Of a DNA stretch of 64,000 nucleotides, positions 9,567-20,793 are shown in pieces; positions within the stretch are counted from its first letter, which is position 1, and every line of letters starts with the position of its first letter. Under the pieces are notes generated by a model. It saw only the letters and a program-made list of their open reading frames with translations. It was not told where the DNA came from and ran no database searches. Source of the stretch: Pseudomonadales bacterium (GTDB lineage: Bacteria; Pseudomonadota; Gammaproteobacteria; Pseudomonadales; UBA3067); NCBI GenBank assembly GCA_040235475.1, contig JBECKY010000092.1, positions 919-64,918 of the forward strand, given 5' to 3'. Both the position numbers and the translations under genes were made by a program.

Positions 9567-11336
9567 TTGCTCAAACCCTCTTTTTTGACCAATGTTCGCC
9601 ACCGACTGGCTCGATCTGAAGCCCATGTGCAACTGGCCATACTGGGGGTTCTAAGTGGTATCGGTGCAGGATTTTTGATTGTTCTATTTCGTTTCAGCTT
9701 TGAAATACCTCAGTTCGCGTTATTACCGGATCATAATCCAGAGAATTACGAAGGCCTTCCTCTTCTACTTCGATTTTCCCTGCCACTAACCGGCGCCTTG
9801 TTAATCGCAGCAGGCTTCCATTATTTATCAAAAGCGGAACGGCGGGTGGGTGTCGGCCATGTAATTGAGCGCTTACACCATCACCAGGGTTATCTGCCCT
9901 TAAAAGCCATGGTGGCACAGTTCGCCGTAGGCGCCATTAGCATTCTTTCCGGACACTCTGCTGGCCGCGAAGGTGCCGCAGTGCATTTGGGGGCGGCCAG
10001 CAGTAGCCAGTTAGGTCAGTTTATGAAACTGCCCAATAATACCATTCGAATATTGCTTGGCTGCGGTACGGCTGCGGCCATCTCCGCCTCGTTTAACACC
10101 CCTATTGCCGGGGTTATTTTTGCCATGGAAGTGGTGATGATGGAGTACACCATTAACACCTTTGTGCCGGTTATTCTTGCCTCAGTCTCCGGCGCTATCA
10201 TCACCCGAATTTTTTATGGCCAGGCACCGGCATTTGACCTGCCAGTAATGACCATGGCGTCTTTATACGAATTGCCCTTTTTATTATTTATGGGTGTCAC
10301 TATTGGTTGTTTTGCAGCCATTTTCAACCACACGGCGGTATTTGTTGCACGAAAAAGTACCGAATTAAATCTCTGGATGCGCTTAGGCCTGGCCGGTGTT
10401 ATTACCGGCGTAGCGGCCATGATGGTGCCAGAAATTATGGGTATTGGTTACGACACCGTAACTGAAGCATTAAATGGTCGGTTGACACTCGCCTTGCTAA
10501 TAACGATATTCATGGCCAAGCTATTCGTTACAGCCATTTGTGCAGGCCTGGGCCTACCCGCTGGACTAATCGGGCCATCACTGGTAATTGGTGCCTGCTG
10601 CGGCGCAGCTACGGGTATAATGGGCGCATCTTTGATGCCCGACTTTGCTTCAAATGCCGGTTTTTATTCCATTCTGGGCATGGGAGCCATGATGGGAGCA
10701 GTGATAAATGCACCCCTGGCAGCCTTAACGGCGTTGATGGAAATGACGGCAAATACCCACATTGTGATGCCTAGCATGTTGGTGATCGTCATTTCAAACC
10801 TGATTGCCCGCGAATATTTTAACAGCAAACCGATTTTTACTGCCCTGCTTGAAACCCAGGGTATTCAGCACCGCGACCACCCGGTTGCCCAGTGGCTGGA
10901 TCGCTCCGGCGTTGCTGAGGTCATGGAAACCCAGGTGTTACGCCAACACTACCTGCTGTCACTGGCCGATGCGCAATCTCTGCTACAAAAAAAGCCTACC
11001 TGGATTGTTATTGATAAAGAAAATACACCCGTGGCATTGCTACCCACATCAGACCTGGCCTCATACCTGAGCAAGGTGGCCGAAGAAACAGAAGATGATC
11101 AGGAACCAGAACCACTGCCATTGGATAAAACAATTAATTTGCTGGAAATAGCCGCTCAGCGAAAAGATCTGGCCGCAATTGGTTTACAGGCTACTTTGCG
11201 CGAAGCTGTCGACATGCTTAATACCAAGCAAGTTGAGGCCTTGTATGTTGAACGCAATGAATCTCCCGCTACCAAAAGTTTTTATGGTATTGTGACACGA
11301 CTTGCAATTGAAAATTTTTATTCGTATCGGCCTTAA
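9567..11336 (+). CDS. ClC family chloride channel/antiporter with CBS domains
   Basis: GREGA gating motif, FNTPIAG, multiple TMs, C-terminal CBS-like region. Start uncertain; TTG 9567 follows AAGGA. Confidence 0.88.
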   Translation: MLKPSFLTNVRHRLARSEAHVQLAILGVLSGIGAGFLIVLFRFSFEIPQFALLPDHNPENYEGLPLLLRFSLPLTGALLIAAGFHYLSKAERRVGVGHVIERLHHHQGYLPLKAMVAQFAVGAISILSGHSAGREGAAVHLGAASSSQLGQFMKLPNNTIRILLGCGTAAAISASFNTPIAGVIFAMEVVMMEYTINTFVPVILASVSGAIITRIFYGQAPAFDLPVMTMASLYELPFLLFMGVTIGCFAAIFNHTAVFVARKSTELNLWMRLGLAGVITGVAAMMVPEIMGIGYDTVTEALNGRLTLALLITIFMAKLFVTAICAGLGLPAGLIGPSLVIGACCGAATGIMGASLMPDFASNAGFYSILGMGAMMGAVINAPLAALTALMEMTANTHIVMPSMLVIVISNLIAREYFNSKPIFTALLETQGIQHRDHPVAQWLDRSGVAEVMETQVLRQHYLLSLADAQSLLQKKPTWIVIDKENTPVALLPTSDLASYLSKVAEETEDDQEPEPLPLDKTINLLEIAAQRKDLAAIGLQATLREAVDMLNTKQVEALYVERNESPATKSFYGIVTRLAIENFYSYRP

Positions 11337-11365
11337 AGCAAGTATTGACTAAACGGTATTCCCCC

Positions 11366-11788
11366 ATGCTCTGGATAAAAGCCTTTCATATTATTGCTGT
11401 CGTTTGCTGGTTTGCTGGTATTTTTTATTTGCCGCGATTATTTGTTTATCACGCCGCAACGACTGACCAAGCGGGCCGAGAGCGCTTTAAGGTTATGGAG
11501 CGCAAACTCTACCGGGGGATTATGACCCCATCTGCGGCTATTGCGATTGTTTTGGGTGCCTGGCTGCTGATCGACAGCTGGGACTTTTACCGGACACAAG
11601 GCTGGATGCACGCAAAATTAACCATGGTATTATTGTTAGCTCTTTACCATATCCAGTGCTACCGATACCTGATCAGTTTTCGAAACGATAAGAATATCAA
11701 GACTGAGACTTTTTTCCGTTGGTTTAACGAAATCCCGGTTTTACTATTGGTCGGCATTATTATTATGGTTATTGTAAGGCCTTTTTAA
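11366..11788 (+). CDS. hemJ: protoporphyrinogen oxidase HemJ
   Basis: MLWIKAFHIIAVVCWFAGIFYLPRLFVYH, WMHAKL, FRWFNEIP. Confidence 0.94.
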   Translation: MLWIKAFHIIAVVCWFAGIFYLPRLFVYHAATTDQAGRERFKVMERKLYRGIMTPSAAIAIVLGAWLLIDSWDFYRTQGWMHAKLTMVLLLALYHIQCYRYLISFRNDKNIKTETFFRWFNEIPVLLLVGIIIMVIVRPF

Positions 11789-11842
11789 CAGTTTCTAGCA
11801 AGACTCAACTCAGCAAGCAAGTAGCTGCCAGAATCAACGCTT

Positions 11843-12670
11843 ATGACACAGAAAGTAACCATACCACCGGCTGTGCTCTGCTTTTCCGGCCACGACCCCA
11901 GCGGCGGTGCCGGCACCCAGGCCGACATCGAATCCTTAATGGCTTTAGGCTGCCATTGTTGCCCCGTGGTAACTGCCATCACAGTGCAAGACACTACCGG
12001 CGTCACAGAATATATTCCCACTCACCCGGAACTGGTAAGCAGCCAGGCCAAAGCCATTTTGGAAGATATTAATATCACTGCCATCAAGATAGGCATGACC
12101 GGGAGCATTGAAAACATTCACGCTATTCACGCCATACTGTTAAACTACCCTCACATTCCTGTTGTTCTCGATCCGGTTTTGTCCTCAGGCCGTGGCGACC
12201 CACTGAACGAGAAGGCCGCCATGGATGCCTTGTGTTCACTGCTGCTACCCCTGGCCACACTGGCCACTCCCAACTCCCATGAGGCCAGAGCATTTGTCGG
12301 CGAAGCCGATACCCTGGATGCCTGCGCCCAGGCCTTAATGGACGGAGGTTGCGAACATGTATTAATTACCGGCAGCCATGAAAACACTCCGAAGGTACTG
12401 AACCGCCTTTGGGGACAGCACAAACACTTGTATGATTTTTCCTGGCCACGGCTGCCGCGTACGTATCATGGCTCCGGTTGCACATTAGCGGCGGCTACAG
12501 CAGGTTTACTGGCCCACGAGCTGGATATTGTCTCCGCTGTACGCGATGCCCAGGCCTTTACCTGGAACAGTTTAAAGTTTGCCCATCGCCTTGGCATGGG
12601 GCAACTGATTCCAAACCGACTGTTCTGGAGTCAGGATCACCGATCTTGCGAGTGGCGCAAACAAAATTAA
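11843..12670 (+). CDS. thiD: hydroxymethylpyrimidine/phosphomethylpyrimidine kinase
   Basis: SGHDPSGGAGTQADI, VLDPV, TPN, HGSGCTLA. Confidence 0.9.
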   Translation: MTQKVTIPPAVLCFSGHDPSGGAGTQADIESLMALGCHCCPVVTAITVQDTTGVTEYIPTHPELVSSQAKAILEDINITAIKIGMTGSIENIHAIHAILLNYPHIPVVLDPVLSSGRGDPLNEKAAMDALCSLLLPLATLATPNSHEARAFVGEADTLDACAQALMDGGCEHVLITGSHENTPKVLNRLWGQHKHLYDFSWPRLPRTYHGSGCTLAAATAGLLAHELDIVSAVRDAQAFTWNSLKFAHRLGMGQLIPNRLFWSQDHRSCEWRKQN

Positions 12671-12691
12671 ACCAAGCTTGAACTTATTTTT

Positions 12692-13306
12692 ATGTTACGC
12701 GGTCTTTATGCGATCACCGACTCACAGCTCACTCCCCTGAGTAATATCGAACAAAAAGTTGCTTCAGCTTTGCAAGGCGGAGCACAATTAATTCAATACC
12801 GCGACAAACTCAGTTCTGCAGAACAAAAAAAAATTACTGCCCTTAAGCTACTGGCACTTTGCCAGCAATATCACGGTCGACTTATTATTAATGATGACCT
12901 TGAGCTGGCCCATGCTATCAATGCTCACGGCGTTCATTTAGGCCAAGAAGATGCCCCTCTTGCTCAAGCCAGAGAGTTACTGGGCACGCAAGCCATTATA
13001 GGGGCCACGTGCCATAATTCGCTGGCATTAGCACAACAGGCTGTTGCCGATGGCGCCAGTTACGTGGCATTTGGACGTTTTTATAGCTCCAAAACCAAGC
13101 CCGGCGCGCCCTCATGTTCTCTTGCCTTACTCAAAGAAGCTCGCCAATCTCTCGAAGTGCCTATTGCTGCGATAGGCGGAGTTACGCTTAGCAATGCACC
13201 GGCCTTAATTGCAGCCGGCGCGGATTTACTTGCCGTGGTAAATGATGTATTTGCCGCGAAAAATATTACCCAACAAAGTTTGGCTTTAGCAAAGCTTTTT
13301 AATTAA
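12692..13306 (+). CDS. thiE: thiamine-phosphate synthase
   Basis: GLYAITD, IQYRDK, IINDD, GVHLGQED, AIGG. Confidence 0.94.
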   Translation: MLRGLYAITDSQLTPLSNIEQKVASALQGGAQLIQYRDKLSSAEQKKITALKLLALCQQYHGRLIINDDLELAHAINAHGVHLGQEDAPLAQARELLGTQAIIGATCHNSLALAQQAVADGASYVAFGRFYSSKTKPGAPSCSLALLKEARQSLEVPIAAIGGVTLSNAPALIAAGADLLAVVNDVFAAKNITQQSLALAKLFN

Positions 13307-13408
13307 TGCCAAGGGATCTCTGAACAAGCCATAAACGCTTACCTTGAGCCTGAAATATCCCTTATAATGCCCTCTTACTTTATCACCAGATTTAAGTTGA
13401 TCACCACT

Positions 13409-14701
13409 ATGACACTTCAACGCCCAAATTCAGAAACACTATTCCAACATGCACAGTCCCATATTCCCGGTGGCGTAAACTCACCAGTCAGAGCCTTTAA
13501 AGGCGTCACTGGGTCTCCAATATTTTTTAAGCAGGGAAAAGGCGCATGGATTGTCGACGAGGATAATAATCACTACATAGATTATGTTGGCTCCTGGGGG
13601 CCAATGATTTTGGGTCACTCGCACCCTAAAGTGATCGAGCGAGTGAAAGCTGCTATTGATTGTGGTCTGGGCTTCGGCGCACCCACCGCCATTGAAATTG
13701 AAATGGCAGACAAAGTTTGCAGCATCATGCCCGGCATGGACATGGTTCGCATGGTGAATTCCGGCACTGAAGCAACCATGTCAGCGATACGCCTGGCACG
13801 GGCTTATACTGGACGCGACAAAATTGTTAAATTTGAAGGCTGTTACCATGGCCATGCTGATTCCCTGCTGGTAAAGGCAGGCTCTGGTGCTCTAACCCTG
13901 GGCGTACCCAGCTCCCCAGGAGTACCCGCAGCCCTGGCCGACCATACCTTAACTCTTAATTTTAACGATCTGGCCCATGTCAGGCAGACCTTCGCCGAAA
14001 TCGGTAAAGAGATTGCGGCCATTATTGTCGAACCTGTCGCCGGGAATATGAATTGCATTCTACCGCTACCGGGTTTTCTGGAAGGCTTGCGGGCAATTTG
14101 TGATGACTACGGCAGCGTCCTGATTTTTGATGAAGTAATGACCGGCTTCAGAGTTGCATTGGGGGGTGCGCAATCCCATTATGGCGTGCAAGCAGACCTG
14201 ACAACATTGGGCAAGGTCATCGGCGGCGGTATGCCTGTTGGGGCTTTTGGTGGCAAACGCGATATTATGCAACAGATTGCCCCCCTGGGGCCGGTTTACC
14301 AGGCCGGCACATTGTCGGGAAACCCCATCGCCATGACAGCAGGTTTAGTCATGCTGGAAGAAGTAAGCAAGCCTGGTTTTTACGATGCCTTAGAGCAAAA
14401 AAACCTATCACTGTGTGAAGGTATACAAGCCAAGGCCGATCAAGCTGGCATTGCGTTTACCACTAATCATATAGGCGGTATGTTTGGATGGTTTTTTTCA
14501 GCGGCAGGACAAGTCAGCAACTTTCAACAAGCCACACAGTGTGATATCAAACGCTTTCAAAAATTTTTCCATGGCATGCTGAATGAAGGGATTTATTTAG
14601 CACCCTCTGCTTTTGAAGCTGGTTTTATTTCCTCAGCCCATGGTGACAAGGAATTAGATGCCACAATTGATGCTGCGGCAAAAGTTTTTGCGAGCTTATG
14701 A
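13409..14701 (+). CDS. hemL: glutamate-1-semialdehyde 2,1-aminomutase
   Basis: [36 protein letters not shown]; start placed at ATG 13409. Confidence 0.97.
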   Translation: MTLQRPNSETLFQHAQSHIPGGVNSPVRAFKGVTGSPIFFKQGKGAWIVDEDNNHYIDYVGSWGPMILGHSHPKVIERVKAAIDCGLGFGAPTAIEIEMADKVCSIMPGMDMVRMVNSGTEATMSAIRLARAYTGRDKIVKFEGCYHGHADSLLVKAGSGALTLGVPSSPGVPAALADHTLTLNFNDLAHVRQTFAEIGKEIAAIIVEPVAGNMNCILPLPGFLEGLRAICDDYGSVLIFDEVMTGFRVALGGAQSHYGVQADLTTLGKVIGGGMPVGAFGGKRDIMQQIAPLGPVYQAGTLSGNPIAMTAGLVMLEEVSKPGFYDALEQKNLSLCEGIQAKADQAGIAFTTNHIGGMFGWFFSAAGQVSNFQQATQCDIKRFQKFFHGMLNEGIYLAPSAFEAGFISSAHGDKELDATIDAAAKVFASL

Positions 14702-14793
14702 CAGCCGAGCGAAAAAACCACCCCAGCCATCGTCTGGCAGTTTGCCATAAGCAAAAAAGTGGGCATCTTTAAGAGAAGGCTTTTCAGGGTTAA

Positions 14794-15285
14794 CTAATGA
14801 CGTTCACTACGCGCCTCAGCAACAATGAGCCGCAAGTGCTCCATTTGCAGCTCTTTGTTGCTGGATCGCTTTCGCTGCGCCAAAATCGCCATGGCTTTTC
14901 TAGCTAACTGCTCAGCGGCCAGATTCTGTTCTTGTAGCAATCTAACTTCAGCCAACAAGGTGTAGGCCGACACCGACTCCGGGTCGATTCTCAGCGCTCG
15001 CTCAAGCTTCGCCGCACAAGCAGGGTACTCGCCACGGTTTTTCAAATCCCTGGCCGAGCTTATCAAGTTAATCACGGCAGGGTTGACCTCATCATTGAAT
15101 TTAGACTGCGGTGGTTTGCTTGCTGCCTTGCGTGATGGTTGATAACTATTGTCATTCCCAGAGGCATTACCGCCAGGCAGAAATTCCGGGGCAGGGGATG
15201 ATCTACCGGCATCCTCAGGCATGGCCACACAAGCGGCCAAGGACGCAAACCCGAGAAACAGGAGAATTTTCAAAAAAAAATTCAT
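14794..15285 (-). CDS. lpoP: TPR lipoprotein, probable PBP1B activator (LpoP-like)
   Basis: Lipobox LAAC, disordered linker, TPR (LERALRIDP); directly downstream of mrcB as in Pseudomonas. Confidence 0.65.
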   Translation of the reverse strand: MNFFLKILLFLGFASLAACVAMPEDAGRSSPAPEFLPGGNASGNDNSYQPSRKAASKPPQSKFNDEVNPAVINLISSARDLKNRGEYPACAAKLERALRIDPESVSAYTLLAEVRLLQEQNLAAEQLARKAMAILAQRKRSSNKELQMEHLRLIVAEARSERH

Positions 15286-15333
15286 TATGAAATTCGACCT
15301 CTACCTAAAAAGTTACACGATAAAACCGGTAAA

Positions 15334-17667
15334 TTATTTAAACCAGGACTTGATGGCATCAATCACTTTATCGCCACGGCCACAAGCTGTCCATTCATTG
15401 GGAATTGATTGCTCATGCATGGGAATATAAATTGCCCCTGAACAGTTATTACCACTGCGCTTACCTTGCACTGGATTATACCAAACAAATTCTATTTTTT
15501 CTGGAGGTGGCGCAAACAATGGTTTTGGCTCCAGATCTTTCATCATTGCAATCCACACCTGCAAAGCCCCAGTAGACCCCGTTAAAGGCATGGCGCCGTT
15601 ATCATCAAGTCCCAACCAGACAACGGCCAGATAGTCTTCGGTAAATCCGACAAACCAGCTGTCACGCAAATCATTTGTCGTGCCGGTTTTACCGGCAATA
15701 TTCAGTTCTTTTGGCAGGTAATAATAAGCGCTCTTACCGGTACCCTCACGCATAACCTCTTGCATGGCATGGGTCAGCAAGTACACGGCTTCGGGGTCAA
15801 ACATTTGCCTGACACTTAATGGATACCGAGCCAAAGGTTCACCTTGTGCAGTCAACACTTCCCGGATTGACCGCAAGGAACTGCTGAATCCGCCCGCGGC
15901 AATGGTTTGATACATTTGCGTTACTTCCAAAGGTGACAAACCACCTGCACCCAATAAAACCGCAGGATATTCAGGTAACGGTCGCTCAACCCCGAGAGCC
16001 CTTAAGCTTTGCAACACATTGCCTAAGCCCAAGTCCAAACCCAACTTAGCTCCGGCCTGATTGTAGGATTTAGCCAAAGCCTCAATCATAGTAACGTCGC
16101 CATGACTAATACCATCAAAATTGCGCGGCGACCATTCAGTATCCTCTTGAGTCGGGATAGAAAACGCTTCATCTTTGATTAAAGTCCCCAAGGAATAATT
16201 TTGGTAATCACTTAAAGCGGTTAAATAAATGGCCGGTTTAAATAAGGATCCCGTGGGTCTTATAGCATCCAAGGCGCGATTAAACCCGGCTTCACGGGGA
16301 TTTTTGGCACCCACTACCGCCAGTACTTCACCGCTCTGAGGCGCGGTTACCACAACACCTGCCTGCAAATCCCGCACCGATTCGCCATAACCAGATTGCA
16401 AACTGCGCAATGACCTTTCAACCTGATTCTCTACTTTAATTTGCACTCTCGGATCCAGGGTGGTGAAAATGCGTAAGCCTTCAGTGCGTAAATCCTCTTC
16501 ACGGTAATCACGTTGCAACTGGCGCTTCACCAAATCAAGAAAAGCCGGGAACAGGGCATCGCTGTTACTAGCGTTGGCAATCACACCCAAAGGCTTGGTC
16601 TTGGCCGCCTCAGCTTGCTTTTTAGTTAATACATTCTGCTCAACCAGCAAATCCAGAACTGTATTTCTGCGCTTCAGTGCTCGCTCAGGAAAACGGCGAG
16701 GATCATAATAAGAGGCTCCTTTTGCCAGCCCCACCAATAGCGCCGCCTGATGCGTTTTTAACTGATTCAACGGCTGACCAAAGTAATGCTGGCTGGCCAT
16801 GCCAAAACCGTGTATGCCTCGCTGTCCAGCTTGACCCAAATATACTTCGTTCAGATAAGCCTCAAGGATTTCGTCTTTTTCATAATGCAGCTCAAGCAGC
16901 AAGGCCATAATGGCTTCAATGGCTTTACGCGAAAAAGTTCTTTTATCGTTAAGGTAAAAATTTTTCACCAACTGCTGGGTTAAAGTACTGCCTCCCTGCG
17001 CGAGCCGAAACTCTTTAACATTAACCATAAAAGCCCGCAGAATGCCTCGCATTGAAAGACCTGAGTGCTCATAAAAACCGCGATCTTCAATCGCTAATAA
17101 ACCATCGATCAAATACGGGGGACTTTGCTCAAGCCGAATTAAAATTCGATCTTCATTGTGGGCAGGAAAAAAACCACCAATTAATAAGGGGTCCAGGCGC
17201 ACCAGATCCAAGTGCTCAGGTTCAGAAGCAAACCCTGAAGAAGTACCTGGGGGATTATCGGACGCCAGTGGCAAACTTGATATCGCATTGACACCGGCAT
17301 CATCAAAGTCCAAAGCAAGCTTAACCGGCTTTTCAAGGCCATCCCAAAATTCAAAGCCCCGCGTATAAAGAATCAATCGATTGGCCTGAAAATAATACGT
17401 CCCCGGCGTTGCTACCTTGGCATCCATACTGTAGTGCAGGCGTTTCAACTCGGACATTAGCGCTTGCGGCGTAATGGCCAAACCTGAATAAAGCTCTAAA
17501 GGCCGAGCATAAACCTTGGCAGGGACAGACCAGCGCTTGCCGTTGAATTTATAGCGCACCGCAAAATCCAGAACCCCAACAAAAATAAAAACAATGACCA
17601 AAAACCCTATGCCTAACCTCAACCAGTGACGCCTGAATATATATTTAAGCTTTTGAAATATACGCAT
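15334..17667 (-). CDS. mrcB: penicillin-binding protein 1B
   Basis: UB2H-like region, glycosyltransferase motifs EDRGFYEHSG and GGSTLTQQLVKN, transpeptidase motifs SLFK, SYN, KTGT. Confidence 0.95.
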   Translation of the reverse strand: MRIFQKLKYIFRRHWLRLGIGFLVIVFIFVGVLDFAVRYKFNGKRWSVPAKVYARPLELYSGLAITPQALMSELKRLHYSMDAKVATPGTYYFQANRLILYTRGFEFWDGLEKPVKLALDFDDAGVNAISSLPLASDNPPGTSSGFASEPEHLDLVRLDPLLIGGFFPAHNEDRILIRLEQSPPYLIDGLLAIEDRGFYEHSGLSMRGILRAFMVNVKEFRLAQGGSTLTQQLVKNFYLNDKRTFSRKAIEAIMALLLELHYEKDEILEAYLNEVYLGQAGQRGIHGFGMASQHYFGQPLNQLKTHQAALLVGLAKGASYYDPRRFPERALKRRNTVLDLLVEQNVLTKKQAEAAKTKPLGVIANASNSDALFPAFLDLVKRQLQRDYREEDLRTEGLRIFTTLDPRVQIKVENQVERSLRSLQSGYGESVRDLQAGVVVTAPQSGEVLAVVGAKNPREAGFNRALDAIRPTGSLFKPAIYLTALSDYQNYSLGTLIKDEAFSIPTQEDTEWSPRNFDGISHGDVTMIEALAKSYNQAGAKLGLDLGLGNVLQSLRALGVERPLPEYPAVLLGAGGLSPLEVTQMYQTIAAGGFSSSLRSIREVLTAQGEPLARYPLSVRQMFDPEAVYLLTHAMQEVMREGTGKSAYYYLPKELNIAGKTGTTNDLRDSWFVGFTEDYLAVVWLGLDDNGAMPLTGSTGALQVWIAMMKDLEPKPLFAPPPEKIEFVWYNPVQGKRSGNNCSGAIYIPMHEQSIPNEWTACGRGDKVIDAIKSWFK

Positions 17668-17925
17668 ATTATGTTTTTAGCAGACTTTTTGTAGGCTTTG
17701 ATGGCTTGGGTTTCCCAGGCTTGCCTTGAAACGGCAAGCATAATGGGCTTTATAGGCAGAAAGAAGTGGCAAATATAAACTTTACAATTTAACCTCAGTG
17801 CTGATAATGGGCATCTTGAAACCTTGAATCAAGCCTTTTATGTCAAACAGCAGCACATTATAACAATATTCGCCGGTTCCCCTACAATACTGTGCTCTAT
17901 AATACGCAACAAGCAAGGACACCCC

Positions 17926-18930
17926 ATGAAAAAATATGATGTTTATGCTATCGGCAATGCCATCGTCGATAATGAATTTGAAGTCACCGATGATTTCTTT
18001 AAGCAATATAATATTGAAAAAGGCATGATGACATTGGTTGAACAAGACCATCAGCAAATATTGCTCCAGGAACTAAAAGACCGTTACGGAATTAAAAAAA
18101 GGGCCAGTGGCGGCTCCGCAGCCAATTCCGTTATTGCCACACAATATTTTGGCGGACGAGTTTTTTTGTCTTGCAAAGTAGCCGGTGATGAACCCGGAGA
18201 ATTTTATAACAAGGACTTATTCGCTGCCGGCGTTGTTACCAATCAAAACGAAACTGAAATGTCTGGTAGTACCGGCAAATGCATTGTCATGGTCAGCCCT
18301 GATGCTGAAAGAACCATGTGCACACATCTTGGCGTGGCCGGGGATTTAGGCCCAGAGGAACTAGACCTGGAAGCCCTGAGCAACTCAGAGTTTCTCTATA
18401 TCGAAGGCTATTTGATCACCTCCCCCAAAGCCAGAGATGCGGTATTGCAAGCCCGAAATGTTGCTAAAGAAAATAATATTAAAACCGCCCTGACTTTTTC
18501 AGACCCCAGCATGATGGAATTTTTTGGCAACGAAATGAAATTATTTGTCGGCGAAGGCGTGGATATGCTGTTTTGCAATAAGGAGGAAGCCTGCCTATGG
18601 ACCGGTGAGTCTGAGATAAAAGCCGCCGCAGAAAAACTAAAAACCAGCGCGAAGCAATTTGCCATCACCCTAGGTGCCGACGGCGCGCTACTGTTTGATG
18701 GCAATGACTACATTAACGTTACACCCCACCTTGTACAAGCGGTAGACACTAACGGTGCAGGTGACATGTTCGCCGGAGCCTTTATGTATGCCATCACCCA
18801 TGGACTCTCTTTCAGCACTGCTGGGAAATTAGCCTGCAGAGCTTCTGCTGAAGTGGTTTGTAATTTTGGCCCTCGCCTTAAACCAGAACAACATGCTTTG
18901 ATTAAACAAGAAATTTTAGGCAGCGATTAA
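17926..18930 (+). CDS. PfkB family carbohydrate kinase (adenosine kinase-like)
   Basis: GNAIVD, GGSAAN, DTNGAGDMFAG; ATG 17926 with AAGGA upstream. Confidence 0.9.
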   Translation: MKKYDVYAIGNAIVDNEFEVTDDFFKQYNIEKGMMTLVEQDHQQILLQELKDRYGIKKRASGGSAANSVIATQYFGGRVFLSCKVAGDEPGEFYNKDLFAAGVVTNQNETEMSGSTGKCIVMVSPDAERTMCTHLGVAGDLGPEELDLEALSNSEFLYIEGYLITSPKARDAVLQARNVAKENNIKTALTFSDPSMMEFFGNEMKLFVGEGVDMLFCNKEEACLWTGESEIKAAAEKLKTSAKQFAITLGADGALLFDGNDYINVTPHLVQAVDTNGAGDMFAGAFMYAITHGLSFSTAGKLACRASAEVVCNFGPRLKPEQHALIKQEILGSD

Positions 18931-18955
18931 ACTGACAACATCAATTGCCTAATAC

Positions 18956-19726
18956 TTAACAAATTAAAACCTGGGGAATATTTAATTCCGGATGGGAAAC
19001 AATGCAGACAGCTGTATTGTAAACAACTTCAATATTTTTAGCTGTGAGCACAGTTTCAGGGCTACCCTTTACTACCACACAGCCTTTATTCATTAGCAAA
19101 ACTTCATCGGCATATTGCGCAGCCAAATTTAAATCGTGCAAGGCAACAACAATCCCAACGCCACCATTGGATAATTTTTTAATCTGCTGCATCAATATTT
19201 TTTGATGCGCAATATCCAGGGCCGACACCGGTTCGTCCAGCAATAAATACCTTGATTGTTTATTCTCCCAAATTTGCGCAAAACACCGCGCCAATTGTAC
19301 CCGTTGTTTTTCACCTCCCGATAATTCAGTGTATAAACGTTCCTGCAAGTGCACGACATCCATGGCCGTTAGCGCGGCCATGCTTATTTCTTTATTAACA
19401 ACATGGTTCGTTCCATGAGGGGCACGCCCCATTAAAACCATCTCCATAACTGTAAACGCAAAGCTTAAGGATTCCTGCTGACGAAGAACTGCGCGCGCAC
19501 AAGCAAGTTTACGACGCGGCCATGCAGCTAAAGGCTGTTGCTCAAAATGTATGGCGCCAGCACTGGGTTTTAATTCACCGCTTAACAATTTCAACAAACT
19601 GCTTTTTCCCGCGCCATTAGGACCAATCACAACCAATATTTTTCCAGCTTGTACTTCCACATTTACATCATCGATAATGCCTGTGTCAGCATAAGCATAG
19701 CTTAAATGTTTGGCAGCGAGACTCAA
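18956..19726 (-). CDS. hmuV: heme ABC transporter ATP-binding protein
   Basis: GPNGAGKS, LSGGEKQRVQLAR, LLLDEP; TTG start at 19726 overlaps hmuU TGA, with GGAG upstream. Confidence 0.85.
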   Translation of the reverse strand: MSLAAKHLSYAYADTGIIDDVNVEVQAGKILVVIGPNGAGKSSLLKLLSGELKPSAGAIHFEQQPLAAWPRRKLACARAVLRQQESLSFAFTVMEMVLMGRAPHGTNHVVNKEISMAALTAMDVVHLQERLYTELSGGEKQRVQLARCFAQIWENKQSRYLLLDEPVSALDIAHQKILMQQIKKLSNGGVGIVVALHDLNLAAQYADEVLLMNKGCVVVKGSPETVLTAKNIEVVYNTAVCIVSHPELNIPQVLIC

Positions 19727-20793
19727 GGCCTGACTCCATATTGACGAGACAGTAATAACAATAGAAAAAAAGGTGCCCCCAACAAGGCTGTTAAAATACC
19801 TATGGGCAGTTCTGCCGGTGATAATAGCCAACGGGACACCCAATCAGCATAAACCAGTAAACCCGCACCACCTATAGCGGAACCGGGCAACAAGTAATTC
19901 ATATTCGGCCCCATCAGCAAACGTAAAATATGCGGCACGATCAAACCCACAAAACCCACCATGCCGACCACCGAAACGGCAGCGCCCACGGCCAGCGCCG
20001 AAAACAACATGACTTTTATTTGCAGCTGTTTCACATTTACACCCAGGTGTTCAGCTTCAACGTCGCCCAGCAGTAATATATTCAACTGCTTTGAAAGAGC
20101 GCAAAACACTGTTATCGCCAACAAAATCCCAGGGGTAGCAAAGCAAACCTCCTGCCAGCCGGCACCACTAAAACTGCCCATCATCCAGAAAGTTAATTCC
20201 CGTAGCGATAAATCGTCGGCCAAATAGGCCAGCATTGATATCAAGGCCCCTGCCAGGGCATTAAAGGCAATTCCTACCAACAAGACAACAGCAACGCTAA
20301 AACGGTTTGACTCAAACTTCTGGTTCGCCGCATACCCTATATAAAACACTAGAACCGTTGCCAGCACACTGCCAAGAAAAGCCATCAATATTTTTAACCA
20401 CTCAATATAAACCACTGACATGCCGCCAGCTGAAAATAGAACAATGGCAGTAACCGCCCCTAAAGCTGCGCCTCCGGAGACACCAATCAACGCGGGGTCT
20501 GCAAGAGGGTTACGAAACAACCCTTGTATAACCGCGCCACTTATACCCAGGGCGGCACCGACAACAATCACCAGAAGTGCTCTGGGTAAACGAATATGTT
20601 CTATAATTACAATTTCGGCTTGAGTTAATTCATGCTCAGCCAAAAATCCTGGCATAACCCAAGCCAGTAAATCCGGCACAGCAATATCGACAGCGCCCGA
20701 TGTCAATGACACAAAAAAACCAATAAGCAATATTATAAATAGCATTGGCAATAAAAAAATGGGTTTAATGCGGTTCAAAACCGAATACTCCAA
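19723..20793 (-). CDS. hmuU: FecCD/HmuU family iron-heme ABC permease
   Basis: IRLPRA, QGLFRNPLADP, GFVGLIVPH, ELPIGILTALLGAPFF; true start may be TTG 20778. Confidence 0.85.
   Translation of the reverse strand: MEYSVLNRIKPIFLLPMLFIILLIGFFVSLTSGAVDIAVPDLLAWVMPGFLAEHELTQAEIVIIEHIRLPRALLVIVVGAALGISGAVIQGLFRNPLADPALIGVSGGAALGAVTAIVLFSAGGMSVVYIEWLKILMAFLGSVLATVLVFYIGYAANQKFESNRFSVAVVLLVGIAFNALAGALISMLAYLADDLSLRELTFWMMGSFSGAGWQEVCFATPGILLAITVFCALSKQLNILLLGDVEAEHLGVNVKQLQIKVMLFSALAVGAAVSVVGMVGFVGLIVPHILRLLMGPNMNYLLPGSAIGGAGLLVYADWVSRWLLSPAELPIGILTALLGAPFFLLLLLSRQYGVRP

Noticed and set aside
17668-17925. PrrF/RyhB-like sRNA near the heme genes
   Set aside because: Two small hairpins are present, but there is no Fur box, PrrF core or U-tailed terminator.
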